A stretch of DNA of 63,948 nucleotides, filler included, from Folioceros fuciformis (lineage: Eukaryota), in NCBI GenBank assembly GCA_049999805.1. It is 9 parts of 9 records of this genome, joined end to end, with 100 filler letters (N's around TTAATTAATTAA, not from the genome) between each part and the next. Parts side by side here need not be neighbours in the genome. Positions count along the whole stretch, not along the records: positions 60,369 to 63,948 come from JBNGIO010003125.1; 8 more parts are not named here. One strand, given 5' to 3'. Positions 63,862 through 63,948 of this stretch are shown piece after piece. A program made the position numbers and the translations under genes. The notes beneath the pieces were generated by a model. It made no database searches. It was not told the DNA's origin and was given only the letters and a program-made list of their open reading frames with translations. Each line of letters begins with the position of its first letter. Positions within the stretch are counted from its first letter, which is position 1.

Positions 63862-63948
63862 ATCTGACGGAGAAGGAGATTATTAAGATATATGAACTGG
63901 AATAATGATTAGGGCTTTGGTAGTTAAGTTAAGTTAAATACCTACACA

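Overview
This is eukaryotic nuclear DNA from a compact land-plant genome with short introns. The IFT80 gene implies a lineage with flagellated sperm (bryophyte, lycophyte or fern type); the species cannot be named from the sequence. Eight 100-bp assembly gaps carry a TTAATTAATTAA linker. Conserved genes: a divergent TAF4 (1-2.8 kb), tRNA-Gly(CCC), an intronless SAM methyltransferase, a RING-HC E3, a dienelactone hydrolase, IFT80, a GH127/DUF1680 glycosidase, chlorophyllase, YlmH/S4 and ubinuclein. TE-rich parts hold two Copia elements, Gypsy remnants, a Tc1/mariner-like MITE, a short LTR with PBS and several tandem arrays. The most unusual part is 3-14.3 kb. It holds four same-strand, diverged copies of an unannotated intron-containing gene family with a tandem KOW/SH3-like module (Spt5 C-terminus/KIN17/GPKOW pattern). 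One copy runs directly into an inverted TAF4 relic that keeps a motif the apparently functional TAF4 lacks. Also notable: a candidate U12-type first intron and a marked AT bias in IFT80, and a long extra ORF upstream of gag in a Copia element. All homology calls come from motif recognition by eye, not database searches.
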